Positions 1-8,726 of a DNA stretch of 64,000 bases are shown here, piece by piece. The DNA lies in contig QWJF01000006.1 of NCBI GenBank assembly GCA_009391835.1, positions 1,527 to 65,526 of the forward strand, given 5' to 3'. This DNA comes from Chloroflexota bacterium (GTDB lineage Bacteria; Chloroflexota; Anaerolineae; Anaerolineales; UBA11579). Made by a program: the position numbers and the translations under genes. Positions within the stretch are counted from its first letter, which is position 1; each line of letters starts with the position of its first letter. The notes under the pieces are model-generated. The model did no database searches, was not told the origin of the DNA, and saw nothing but the letters and a program-made list of their open reading frames with translations.

Positions 1-195
1 ACCCTTCTTAATCGGCCGGCTGTCGGTATCCACCACAATTTCGGCTATCTCCGGGCAGATCCGCAGCGTCCGCAAAATATGGTGGAAGAGCGGCGCATCC
101 GCCAGCTCGCGCATATTCTTGGCCTTCACCCGCTCCGAGTGATGGCGCATCGGCACCAAGGCCACGATCCTTGGCTTGTCAGTCACCACTGCCAT
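1..195 (-). CDS. Acylneuraminate (CMP-nonulosonate) cytidylyltransferase, N-terminal part; gene runs off the window edge
   Basis: Not in the ORF track. Manual translation from ATG at 195 (GGAG just upstream) gives MAVVTDKPRIVALVPMRHHSERVKAKNMRELADAPLFHHILRTL...IVVDTDS, the NeuA/CMAS N-terminal signature (P-x-R-x-x-S-x-R-x-x-x-K-N ... V-x-T-D-S). Confidence 0.85.
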   Translation of the reverse strand, partial: MAVVTDKPRIVALVPMRHHSERVKAKNMRELADAPLFHHILRTLRICPEIAEIVVDTDSRPIKKG

Positions 196-346
196 GCTCC
201 GTTCCTGCGACCATATCAAGCAAAACACTGGTGCCGCCGGGTCCCAGGGCCACGATCCTTGGCTTGTCAGTCGCCACTACCATGCTCCGTTTCTGCGACC
301 ATGTCAAGCAAAACACTGGTGCCGCTGGGACTCAGGGCCACGATCC
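161..346. repeat. Direct tandem repeat, 88-bp period (2 full copies plus a 10-bp third start)
   Basis: GCCACGATCC recurs at 161, 249 and 337. Copies 161-248 and 249-336 differ at about 7 of 88 positions by manual alignment. Confidence 0.95.
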
Positions 347-351
347 GCGCT

Positions 352-1320
352 TTATCGGCCATCATCCATCACTTCCGTCAACTCCCGGCGCACTTTTTTT
401 GAGGAAGGCGGCGGGGCCAGCTCGCCCGGCGAATAATACAGCGCTTCTTTCAACGCCGGGGTCAGCTCGCCCCGCTCGTGGTATCCCCGATAGGTGCCCC
501 AATATTGCAGCACCCGAAAGCTCACGATGCCTACCGCTTCCCGCAGCCAGCGCCCGGCCCGCCATGCCGCCGCCATATCCGCCAGGGAATTGCGCAACGT
601 CAGACTCGCGAGATGCCACAGGCTGAAACGACTGGTTGGCAGAATAGCCCGCAGCGCAATCGCTTCCCGTCGGTGCCGGTTCACAATCTGGCGCGGCGTC
701 TCCTCGTGCAAATGGGCCACGCCCGCCTCCGCCACATAAGCCACCGTGTAGCCCTGTTTTTGCGCCCAGCTCGCCCAGGCAATGTCTTCCAGCCCGGTCA
801 GTTCCTCATCAAAGGGGTGCTCTTTCCATAAAGATTTGCGCAGCGCCGCATTGGCGTTGTTGCAAAAAGGCTTATCCGTCTGCAGGTGCGATACATCAGG
901 GAACCAGTTACGAAAATGCCGGTCTTCCGAGAATTTGCTCCCCGCCCCGCCCCGCTGCTTGCCGTAGCTCATCGCCACTTGGGCATCCGCAAACGGCGCA
1001 ATCAATTGCTCCAACCAATCATCCGCCAGCGCACGCACATGCGCGCTGGCCAGTACCACAATCTCGCCCCGCGTGGCCTCAATGCCCATGTTCAGTGAGC
1101 GCCCGAAGGTGAAATCCTGCGGCTGGATGTGCAGTACGCGCACCGGATAGCGGCCCGCAATCGCCAGCGTCTCATCCGTCGAGCCCGAATCCACCAGCAC
1201 GATATCTACATCCTGTAGGGTCTGCCGCCCGATGGCGTTCAGCAGCGCACCCAGGTGCTTTTCCTCGTTAAAGGCCCGGATCACTACCGAGCAACTTGGC
1301 ATGTTTTTCCCTTTAGACAT
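352..1320 (-). CDS. GT2 family glycosyltransferase (rhamnosyltransferase-like)
   Basis: SVVIRAFNEE, VDSGSTDET, FCNNANAA and GLED motifs. Confidence 0.9.
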   Translation of the reverse strand: MSKGKNMPSCSVVIRAFNEEKHLGALLNAIGRQTLQDVDIVLVDSGSTDETLAIAGRYPVRVLHIQPQDFTFGRSLNMGIEATRGEIVVLASAHVRALADDWLEQLIAPFADAQVAMSYGKQRGGAGSKFSEDRHFRNWFPDVSHLQTDKPFCNNANAALRKSLWKEHPFDEELTGLEDIAWASWAQKQGYTVAYVAEAGVAHLHEETPRQIVNRHRREAIALRAILPTSRFSLWHLASLTLRNSLADMAAAWRAGRWLREAVGIVSFRVLQYWGTYRGYHERGELTPALKEALYYSPGELAPPPSSKKVRRELTEVMDDGR

Positions 1321-1329
1321 GGTTCCATC

Positions 1330-2199
1330 TTACCAGTTACCATTTTCCTCATACCTAAGCCGTTCCAACAAGCCCCCGCACACTTGCTTAAACAATTCCT
1401 TGTGCGCCTCCGTAAAATGCTCGCGCCAGGCACCGGCTCGCCCGCTCCGGAAAGTCGGCGAGCGCTGCGGGTCTATGGATCGCGCCAACATCTCTACGGC
1501 CGCCTCCTGCGTGCCGCGATAGCGGAAGCCGCGCTGCTCCGCGTGCGTCAGTATGCGATCGATGGTTGCCCTCGGTGCTTCAATGAAATCTTCGAAGCGC
1601 AGCGCCAACACCTCGTTTCGCTCCAGCCATCCCAGATAAGGCGCAAAGCGTTCCCCAATTCCTGGGAAGGGCTGTTCTGCTTCTGGCCGCCCAAGGATGC
1701 TCACTCGCAGCCGCTCATCAAAGGTTTTGAGCGTATTGACGTAGTAATCATGGTGAACGTGTTGTGCGTTCAGCTCGCTCACGTAAAAAACGTGCGACAC
1801 CGCCACGTCCCGCGGATCCCGATATATGAAATAGTTAGCCGTGCCATCCCGACACAATTCAGCCACCAGCGCCGGAAAGGCATGCACGTGCCCGTAACCG
1901 ATATCGCCTGGCAGCAAGCGTTGCACATCCTTAACTATCGCATCCACCGGGCGCGGCCTTCCGCTTTCCCCTTCAAAGGTGAGCACCGCTGGCAACCCGC
2001 TTTCCACCACCGGACCCAGTTTTGAAAGCCCGCCCACCACCTGAGTCAGTAAATGTGTGCCAGATTTCGGGAAAGAATTGAGAAAAAAGCGGGGCATTTC
2101 CGCGATTTGGCGAGATTTGCTGACAGTAAATCGCACACGCGCTAGCCCTCTGCGTAGCGCGCGCCGCGCTAAACGGGCCTGCATTTTTAGATCAGCCAT
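1330..2199 (-). CDS. Sulfotransferase domain protein
   Basis: 5'-PSB NSFPKSGTHLL, 3'-PB YRDPRDVAVS, LRFED, C-terminal FRSGRAGAW. Confidence 0.9.
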   Translation of the reverse strand: MADLKMQARLARRALRRGLARVRFTVSKSRQIAEMPRFFLNSFPKSGTHLLTQVVGGLSKLGPVVESGLPAVLTFEGESGRPRPVDAIVKDVQRLLPGDIGYGHVHAFPALVAELCRDGTANYFIYRDPRDVAVSHVFYVSELNAQHVHHDYYVNTLKTFDERLRVSILGRPEAEQPFPGIGERFAPYLGWLERNEVLALRFEDFIEAPRATIDRILTHAEQRGFRYRGTQEAAVEMLARSIDPQRSPTFRSGRAGAWREHFTEAHKELFKQVCGGLLERLRYEENGNW

Positions 2200-3060
2200 C
2201 TACCAATCCGCGTCCTGCTCATAGCCTAAGCGCTGCAACAAATCCCCGGTCGCGGATTTGAAGCGCACCTTGTTCTCTGCAGTAAAATGCTCGCGCCATT
2301 CGCCCGGTTGCCCTCGCCGAAAAGTGCCCGATTTACGCGGGGCAATCGCCCCTGCCAACGCTGCCAGCGCCTGGTCCCGATCCATCTGCAAATCGAAGCC
2401 GCGCGCCACAATATGCGCCAATAAACCTTCCAAAGCGACGTCTTGCGCCAGAATCAGGTCTTCGAAGCGCATCGAGTGAACCGCGGGCTGATCGAGCCAG
2501 CCCATATAGTGGGCGTATTTTTCCCGGATCGAGGATAACTCAAAGCCCGGCTCGCCCACCCCTTCGATGGCCGCGTTCAACCGCGCCGCCATATCCGGCA
2601 ACCGTTGATAATAAGCATGCATCCCGTGTCCTGGATACAGCTCGGTCGCAAAGAACACGTGCGAAACCAGCACGTCCCGCGGATCCCGATAGACGAAGAA
2701 GGCAGCCACACCATCCCGGCTCAAGGCCTCGATATAAGGACTGCGCGCATGCAAGTAGCCATAGCCTATGTCGCCGGGCTGCAGTTCTTGCAAGCGGGCC
2801 AGCACCTGACGCTCTTCGAGATTTTCGTTTGCCTCAGAGCGGGTGAGCGGCGGCATGCCTGGATCCACAAAGGGGCCGATGCGGGTCAGGCCCAACAGCA
2901 CCTGGCTGAGCAGGTGTGAGCCTGATTTGGGCATGGCGTTGCCGATCACCATCGGTGCAGCACCCAACGCCTCCGCCCTATAGCGCCGCGCCCCTGCCGC
3001 CCGCCGCAGTGTCCAGCGCGCTTTCTTGATCGGGCGCTTCACTATTTGCAAAATTTTCAT
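2200..3060 (-). CDS. Sulfotransferase domain protein (tandem paralog of 1330-2199)
   Basis: NAMPKSGSHLL, YRDPRDVLVS, MRFED, FRRGQPGEW. Confidence 0.9.
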   Translation of the reverse strand: MKILQIVKRPIKKARWTLRRAAGARRYRAEALGAAPMVIGNAMPKSGSHLLSQVLLGLTRIGPFVDPGMPPLTRSEANENLEERQVLARLQELQPGDIGYGYLHARSPYIEALSRDGVAAFFVYRDPRDVLVSHVFFATELYPGHGMHAYYQRLPDMAARLNAAIEGVGEPGFELSSIREKYAHYMGWLDQPAVHSMRFEDLILAQDVALEGLLAHIVARGFDLQMDRDQALAALAGAIAPRKSGTFRRGQPGEWREHFTAENKVRFKSATGDLLQRLGYEQDADW

Positions 3061-3063
3061 CGG

Positions 3064-4380
3064 TTATTGGTGCGGATCGCTGGGCGCGGGCACATCGCTC
3101 AAGGAAACCAATTCGTGGCCCAACAAAATTTCCACGACGTCCCAGACAGCTTCGAACGACAAATCCAGTTCATGGGCAATATCCGCCGGCGTGCGCGTGC
3201 CGTCGCAACGATCCATGATCTCGAAGCGGCGCTTGTGCCCTTCGGCATCTTCCTTGTAATCCACCCATATCCCCGGGTAATCCGACGCAAACACCTCGCC
3301 TTTGAAATAGTTGACCACGTAACGGTTGCGGTCAAAGGCTTGCAGCAGGCCGAGCACCAAATCGCGTGAAGCTTCCAGGCGTTTCTGGCTTACGATGTCT
3401 GGCGTGTCTTTGCTGGAGTGATATTCCGGGTAAGGGGAGAAACGCGATTCGGGGGTCTCTGGTTTTTCCACTCGAGAGAGCGAGAGCATCGTTACGCGTA
3501 CGCCGGGCGCATTGAATTGGCGTTCATCGTTGTCAATGATCGAGCGAAAGGGGCCGACGTAGGCACCCGGGGCAAGGCCTTGAAGGGCAGCGGTCAGAGC
3601 GCGATCCGCTTGGCTCTCCGGCAGGAAGGAGGTTTGCAGGGCGTGCGGCGCATCGTTGCCCAGCATCTCCAGGAAGAGCCCGCCGTGCATTTTTGGGATC
3701 AATTTTTCGTGCTGGCTGAGATAGGCCACCGAGCCGATTGTCTCCGGGAAAAGCAGCAAGCGATAAGAAAAATGCGGTTTAGGGCCTTCCATCAATGCGC
3801 GCATTGCATCCAGCCCAACCACCACACCGCTCAAATCATCGTTGACCATCGCTGGATGGTCAAGGTGGGCGGCGAGTACGAAGCATTCGTCCACTTCGCC
3901 CTTAACCAGCACTTCGCCGATCTTCAATTCGCCCGGGCTGAATTCAGCGCGGATCACCACCCGGTAGCGAGCTTCGCTAAGCTGGTGGCGCAGATCCCGG
4001 GTGCAGCATAAACCCCAATCGCGCTGATAATACTTGAAGACAAAGGGGATGGCATCCAGCAACTTTGGATGGACATGCAGGTACTCGATTAATTCCTCGT
4101 GGCTGACCTCACCCTCGAAAGGCAGTGAATATGAGACCACATGCAGCGGGTGATCAGCGTAATCAAGAATGCGCTCCCCATCCAGTGTTTCCAGATAGGC
4201 CTCATGGCAGGTCCACTTTTCGGGCACCGTCCAGGTCCATACCGGGGTGCCGGAGGGGACTTTGTGAATGGTCATCGGGATTTCTTCGGCGAGGCGCGCC
4301 AGGGCGCGATCATAATCGTCGGAGACGATATCGCGCTTGAGGAACCAGAGTTCCTCGATAAGCTGCGTCATAGTCGCCAT
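3064..4380 (-). CDS. DUF4910 / M28 aminopeptidase-like polysaccharide biosynthesis protein with C-terminal winged helix
   Basis: VPSGTPVWTWTVPEKW, HVVSYS, HLDHPAMVNDDLSG, PETIGS, YPEYHSSKD and C-terminal DGTRTPADIA, the architecture of the Cj1295-like family. Confidence 0.85.
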   Translation of the reverse strand: MATMTQLIEELWFLKRDIVSDDYDRALARLAEEIPMTIHKVPSGTPVWTWTVPEKWTCHEAYLETLDGERILDYADHPLHVVSYSLPFEGEVSHEELIEYLHVHPKLLDAIPFVFKYYQRDWGLCCTRDLRHQLSEARYRVVIRAEFSPGELKIGEVLVKGEVDECFVLAAHLDHPAMVNDDLSGVVVGLDAMRALMEGPKPHFSYRLLLFPETIGSVAYLSQHEKLIPKMHGGLFLEMLGNDAPHALQTSFLPESQADRALTAALQGLAPGAYVGPFRSIIDNDERQFNAPGVRVTMLSLSRVEKPETPESRFSPYPEYHSSKDTPDIVSQKRLEASRDLVLGLLQAFDRNRYVVNYFKGEVFASDYPGIWVDYKEDAEGHKRRFEIMDRCDGTRTPADIAHELDLSFEAVWDVVEILLGHELVSLSDVPAPSDPHQ

Positions 4381-4387
4381 TGCCGCC

Positions 4388-5167
4388 CTATTTGCCCACC
4401 AGCACTTCGGATTTGTTCGCTACCAGAGCCCATATGTTGCGCGCCAACAGCGAATCCGCTGCAGCCACAAAATCACGTAGCGAGCAGACCGAGAGCGCCC
4501 CAAAATTAACTTGAACTGTTTGCCATTGACCCTTGGCTTCCAGAGCGCCTTGGATCGGAGCAAGCGCCAACTTAGGATCACTCTCTAAATCGCGCACGAA
4601 CATGCGGTAGCTGCGCGTTTGCCTGGTGCCATCCACTTTCACGCGGCCGCTAAACTCCTTCCAATAACGATACGGCACCGCAGCGCGCTGCTCACTGTAG
4701 TGCACGATGGAAGCGGCCTGGATATCGGCGCCGAGCAGCAGCAACTTGAAATCGAGGGCCAGCATGCGATCAAAGGCTGAGCCGTCGTCGAAGGCGGAGG
4801 GCGTGTCCAGAGCGGCGAGTTCGGCGGCACGCGCGCCGAGGATGGCCAGCGATTGCATCGGGTGCGTGGTGCGCAGTGCTGTTGGTTGCTGGCGCACGAA
4901 CTCAGATAAGATGCCCATTCCTTCAGAGGGTGTGGCAGCCGGATCATAATCCTCGCCGCGGGCTAAGGCGAAATTAAAGGTAGGAACAGCAATCGTTCCC
5001 GTAGGGCCGAGTACGGCTTGCAATGCTTTCAGATAAGTAGCCTCGCCCTGTTCAGGCTTGCCCAAGAATTGCAGTGCGGAATGCACCAGCAAACCATCGC
5101 CAGCTCGAACACCGACTACGCGCAGGGCTACTTCCAATTGAGATTGCGTGAGCTTGGGGATGGCCAT
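4388..5167 (-). CDS. AAC(3)/YokD-fold N-acyltransferase
   Basis: LLVHSAL, GTIAVPTFN, MGILSEFVR, RTTHPMQS, LLLGA and SIVHYSE (catalytic His) motifs. Confidence 0.9.
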   Translation of the reverse strand: MAIPKLTQSQLEVALRVVGVRAGDGLLVHSALQFLGKPEQGEATYLKALQAVLGPTGTIAVPTFNFALARGEDYDPAATPSEGMGILSEFVRQQPTALRTTHPMQSLAILGARAAELAALDTPSAFDDGSAFDRMLALDFKLLLLGADIQAASIVHYSEQRAAVPYRYWKEFSGRVKVDGTRQTRSYRMFVRDLESDPKLALAPIQGALEAKGQWQTVQVNFGALSVCSLRDFVAAADSLLARNIWALVANKSEVLVGK

Positions 5168-5169
5168 TG

Positions 5170-5646
5170 CTAGCCCTCCAATACTTTGCGCACCAGGGTG
5201 AGGTCAAGGGCAAAACCCTGCTTGCGCCAAAAGTCAAGGCCCTGATCATTGCCCGCCTGCACCTGCACTTCCACCGAGTGGACGCCCAGTTCAGCAAATT
5301 TCTGCATGGCCGCATCCACCAGTTGCCGGCCCGCGCCCTGGCCGCGCAGTTCATCGTCCACATAAAGATCACTGATTTCGCCCGCCTGCACCCCACCCAA
5401 GTAAGCGGGACTCAGCTTCAGCCGCGCCAAAAGAAAGGCGCGCGGGCCATTATCGGTTTCGGCCAGCCAGACAAAACTAAAGCGCCCCAGTGTGCGCTGG
5501 AAAGAGGCAAGCCATTGACCGGGCGCATCTGTGACTTCCGGAAAGGCTAGACCGAGGCTGCGATGAAAACGATCAAGGGCGGCCCACAACTCAGCCAGGG
5601 CGGGCAAATCCTCGTCTTCAGCAGGACGAATATGGATCTTATTCAT
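5170..5646 (-). CDS. GNAT family N-acetyltransferase
   Basis: IRPAEDEDL, ISDLYVDDELRGQGAGRQL (acyl-CoA motif A), N-x-x-G-x-x-F-W-x-x-x-G-F. Start moved to ATG 5646, which overlaps the upstream gene end. Confidence 0.9.
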   Translation of the reverse strand: MNKIHIRPAEDEDLPALAELWAALDRFHRSLGLAFPEVTDAPGQWLASFQRTLGRFSFVWLAETDNGPRAFLLARLKLSPAYLGGVQAGEISDLYVDDELRGQGAGRQLVDAAMQKFAELGVHSVEVQVQAGNDQGLDFWRKQGFALDLTLVRKVLEG

Positions 5647-6832
5647 TGAACGCCTCGCGCACAGGCGTGGGCCAGCGCTGGGGGTCCAGGCCAAACTGGG
5701 CCAGGAAGGCAAAGGCCATGCGCTCCAGGCCAAAGGCTACGCAGCCAGTGTGTACTGGCTTGCCATCCGGCAGGGTGATGTCCAAATTGCGGCCGAAGAA
5801 ATCCTGGTGGTAGTTGTAAGAGCCGACTGCCAAAGTGCTGTTCTTGAAAGGCAATTGGGCACGAAGCTCGTACTTTAGCTGGAACGCGTTTTGGAAAGCG
5901 GCCTGGCGGCGAAATTCACCGACAAAGAAGGGATCGTTGGCGCTTTCCACCCGATAGGCCAACCCGAGGTGCTCAAAGGCTTTCTCCAAGTATTGGCGAG
6001 CGCGCTCACGATTCTCCAACACAAAATCGGCTGGGCCAACGAAAATAATCTCGCGCATGGTGAAATTCCACATGCGTTCCAGCGTGGTCATGTTGCTGGA
6101 TTCGTAGCGGAAACAATTGCCCACGGCGGTTGCAACTAGTTTGCCATCCGGCAAGGGCTTATCTGCCAAGGCGAAATATAGATGGTAGCAGACGGCTGGC
6201 GAGAGCAACGCCTGGATGCGTGAAAAGGATTCGGGGGCGGTATTCAGTCCGTTGGGCGCTTCATAGGCGGCGTGTTGGGAGAACCCATTGATGACGTCCA
6301 GGTCTGGGCGCAGGTGAGTGGCGAAGGTGAGGGAGTGTGGGAAGGCGCGGAAATATTGCACGCGACCTAGCTTCTCGGCAGAGATTAGCGTCGGAAAACG
6401 GTGCGGCTTGGCGCCAAATTCGTCGGCCAGCGCCAAAAATTGGCGCTCGAAGACCTCAATCAGGCGCGTAAGCAGGGGGCCAAAACTGAAGATACCGGTG
6501 TGTTCTTCGCTTACCTCACCGCTGGACAGCAGCTCCGGCATGGGGTCTTGGTCGAACGTAGTCGGGCGGACGAGATGATCTTCGAGGATTTCGACCTTGG
6601 GCAGCACGGCGCCTTTGGCCATCTCTTCGACGACGCTCTGCACTTTGGCCTCCAGAGCCTGCTGTTCGGCACTCTCGAGTTTGCCAGTTAGTTCCAATTG
6701 GATGCGTTGCCCATCCGGGGAGATGCTGGCGGCCGCAATGTGTTCGTCCACATAGGCGAGCTTGGATTGCACCTGCCCCACCAAATGGGCGGGGATATCG
6801 AGGGCCGACTTAATCTCAAAGGTCTCAGGCAT
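5639..6832 (-). CDS. Amino acid:[carrier protein] ligase, class II seryl-tRNA-synthetase-like (Bll0957-type)
   Basis: YFRAFPH, LSPAVCYHLY, motif 2 CFRYE..ERMWNFTMREIIFVG, ANDPFF, motif 3 HTGCVAFGLERM. The Cys/Glu/Cys Zn ligands are present, no obvious SerRS tRNA-binding coiled coil is seen, and the gene overlaps an ACP. Confidence 0.85.
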   Translation of the reverse strand: MPETFEIKSALDIPAHLVGQVQSKLAYVDEHIAAASISPDGQRIQLELTGKLESAEQQALEAKVQSVVEEMAKGAVLPKVEILEDHLVRPTTFDQDPMPELLSSGEVSEEHTGIFSFGPLLTRLIEVFERQFLALADEFGAKPHRFPTLISAEKLGRVQYFRAFPHSLTFATHLRPDLDVINGFSQHAAYEAPNGLNTAPESFSRIQALLSPAVCYHLYFALADKPLPDGKLVATAVGNCFRYESSNMTTLERMWNFTMREIIFVGPADFVLENRERARQYLEKAFEHLGLAYRVESANDPFFVGEFRRQAAFQNAFQLKYELRAQLPFKNSTLAVGSYNYHQDFFGRNLDITLPDGKPVHTGCVAFGLERMAFAFLAQFGLDPQRWPTPVREAFNE

Positions 6833-7070
6833 TTTGCAGTCCATCTACATGCGTGAGGATCGCGGGCACGCTGGTCAGCTGGCTAATGGTCTCGGCGCTG
6901 ATTTGTACACCAAAGGCCGACTCGAGGGCCAGCATCAAATCCATATGGCCCATCGAATCCCACTTGGGCAAATCGCCAAACTGAGCCTCGGCGTTGATTT
7001 CAGCGGAATCCACGTCAAAGACTTCCGCGAGCGTGCTGCGAACTTGGTCAAAAAGGGCGTTTTCACTCAT
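6825..7070 (-). CDS. Acyl/aminoacyl carrier protein
   Basis: 81 aa acidic protein with WDSMGHMDLMLALESAFGV phosphopantetheine-attachment motif. Confidence 0.92.
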   Translation of the reverse strand: MSENALFDQVRSTLAEVFDVDSAEINAEAQFGDLPKWDSMGHMDLMLALESAFGVQISAETISQLTSVPAILTHVDGLQNA

Positions 7071-7088
7071 AAGGGCACCTTAGCTTCC

Positions 7089-8684
7089 TTATACCAGAAA
7101 AGCATCCCTGTCCACAATACCGCGGTGGACAGCCGACAGAGCCGGCGAATTCTCTGGGAGGAGCGCAGACAGTGGAAAGGCCTTGAGGCCAACATAGCCC
7201 ATGCGCGGCTGAGCCTGTAGGAAGTGATCAAAAGGCAGCGAGGTGCGGAAAAGCTGGAAATAGAGCAAGCGGCGGGCCGCAAGGACGAACTCCTGGGGCT
7301 GCGCGACGTTTGCGGCGGCCAGGAAGGCGCGCGCCTGCTTCACAAAGGCCTTGCGATCTTTGGGTAGGTAGACTGTCGGGTATTGGGTGTAGCGGGCCGC
7401 GCCGCCTATGAGAACGGGTTTGCCCAAAATGGATGCCTCGAGACCAATCGAAGAGTTGTAGACCAGGACGAAATGGGCGCGCTGGATAAGCGCATAGGAT
7501 GAAAGATATTCGGTGGGCCCGACAAATACGACATTGGGCCACTGGTCAACGCCGCGCGCTCTCAACCAATCCTGAACGCTCTCACGGGTGTGCTTGCGGG
7601 TGCCTTCGCGAATCTCATCCGGGTGAGCACGAATAACAAAGAGCGTATCGGGGTGCGTTTTGATCAAGTCCACGACTTCGGCTAGCCAGGCGAACATATC
7701 CGGGAAAAGGGTGTTGGCGTGAATCTGGCTGGTATCGAAAATCACGTTGGTGAAGACAGGCACGATGCGCTCAAATCCGGTGGCCTTAGCTAGAAAGGCC
7801 TCGTCCAGCGCTTGCATGTGCGGCCAAAACTGGATGCCGGCCATCGTAAAGCGACCCTGGAAACGGCCTTCAAGGTATTGGTTCAATTGTGCGTCCTGGG
7901 CGTCGTCCAGTTGGAAATCAGTGGGGATCTCCATTGGGTAGGCGGTGGCCTGGCCTTCGGTGAAGAAGGCAGAATTGGGTTGGATGCCGACCTCGTGGGT
8001 GACGACGCGGATGCCACGCGCCTGCGCTGCGCGGCGAGCCATCGCCTCAGGATACATGAGCCCATTGAAGAGCACCACAGTTTGGGGCTGGTGCTCCTCG
8101 AGGAAGGCTTCAAATTCGCGTGCTACGTTGAAGGCGGAAAGGATATATTCACGCAGCATAAAGCGCATGTCTTGGTTATCCGGCAATGTGTGCCTGCGTA
8201 AGGCCCAGCGCAGGGAGGGGAGCACAATTTCGCCAAGCGGAACACTCTCATGACTAAAGGATTGTAGAGTAGGCACATCCAAGCCCTGCAGAGCGGCTTT
8301 GAGTTCGTCTGATTTCTCAATGCTGAACCAGTGCGTTTGGGCCCCGGCATATAAACGCTCAGACTGTTGGATGCAACTGTGGCAAGGTGGCTCCACGGAG
8401 GCGTCATCCGGGTCGGTGCCCAGCACGCAGCGGGTCATCCCGGCGCGGCAGACGAAATGGACGACAGGGACGCCGGCCATGCGCAGGCTCCAGGCGGACA
8501 ACTGGGAAAAGGCGGCGTTGAGGCTGAGATTGCGTAGTCTCGCTGAGGCATTGAAGAAGGCGACCGGGCGGCGCGAGCGATCCGCGACGGCTTGGCGGGC
8601 AACGCCGGCAGCCAGGCGCACAATGCGGGCGCGTTGGATCAGCGCGGCGGGCAAGCGGCTCAGGCGTAGGAGGAATTTAGACAT
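7089..8684 (-). CDS. Capsule biosynthesis KpsS/KpsC-like GT-B protein (candidate CMP-ulosonate transferase)
   Basis: VLFNG, FTNVIFDTS, FVIRAHPDE, NSSIGLEASILGKPV. Confidence 0.7.
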   Translation of the reverse strand: MSKFLLRLSRLPAALIQRARIVRLAAGVARQAVADRSRRPVAFFNASARLRNLSLNAAFSQLSAWSLRMAGVPVVHFVCRAGMTRCVLGTDPDDASVEPPCHSCIQQSERLYAGAQTHWFSIEKSDELKAALQGLDVPTLQSFSHESVPLGEIVLPSLRWALRRHTLPDNQDMRFMLREYILSAFNVAREFEAFLEEHQPQTVVLFNGLMYPEAMARRAAQARGIRVVTHEVGIQPNSAFFTEGQATAYPMEIPTDFQLDDAQDAQLNQYLEGRFQGRFTMAGIQFWPHMQALDEAFLAKATGFERIVPVFTNVIFDTSQIHANTLFPDMFAWLAEVVDLIKTHPDTLFVIRAHPDEIREGTRKHTRESVQDWLRARGVDQWPNVVFVGPTEYLSSYALIQRAHFVLVYNSSIGLEASILGKPVLIGGAARYTQYPTVYLPKDRKAFVKQARAFLAAANVAQPQEFVLAARRLLYFQLFRTSLPFDHFLQAQPRMGYVGLKAFPLSALLPENSPALSAVHRGIVDRDAFLV

Positions 8685-8726
8685 GGCAGGGCATGGCGCG
8701 CACAGCGTGCGAAGAATACGGAAAAT

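Noticed and set aside
161-346. CRISPR array or IS end
   Set aside because: The units are contiguous 88-bp near-identical copies with no unique spacers, and there is no cas or transposase gene.
4388-5167. Aminoglycoside resistance gene aac(3)
   Set aside because: It has the fold only. It is embedded in a biosynthetic operon with ACP and DUF4910, with no mobile context.
5639-6832. Housekeeping seryl-tRNA synthetase (serS)
   Set aside because: It lacks the canonical SerRS TxE motif and an obvious tRNA-binding arm, has aa:CP-ligase-type Cys motifs, and overlaps an ACP.
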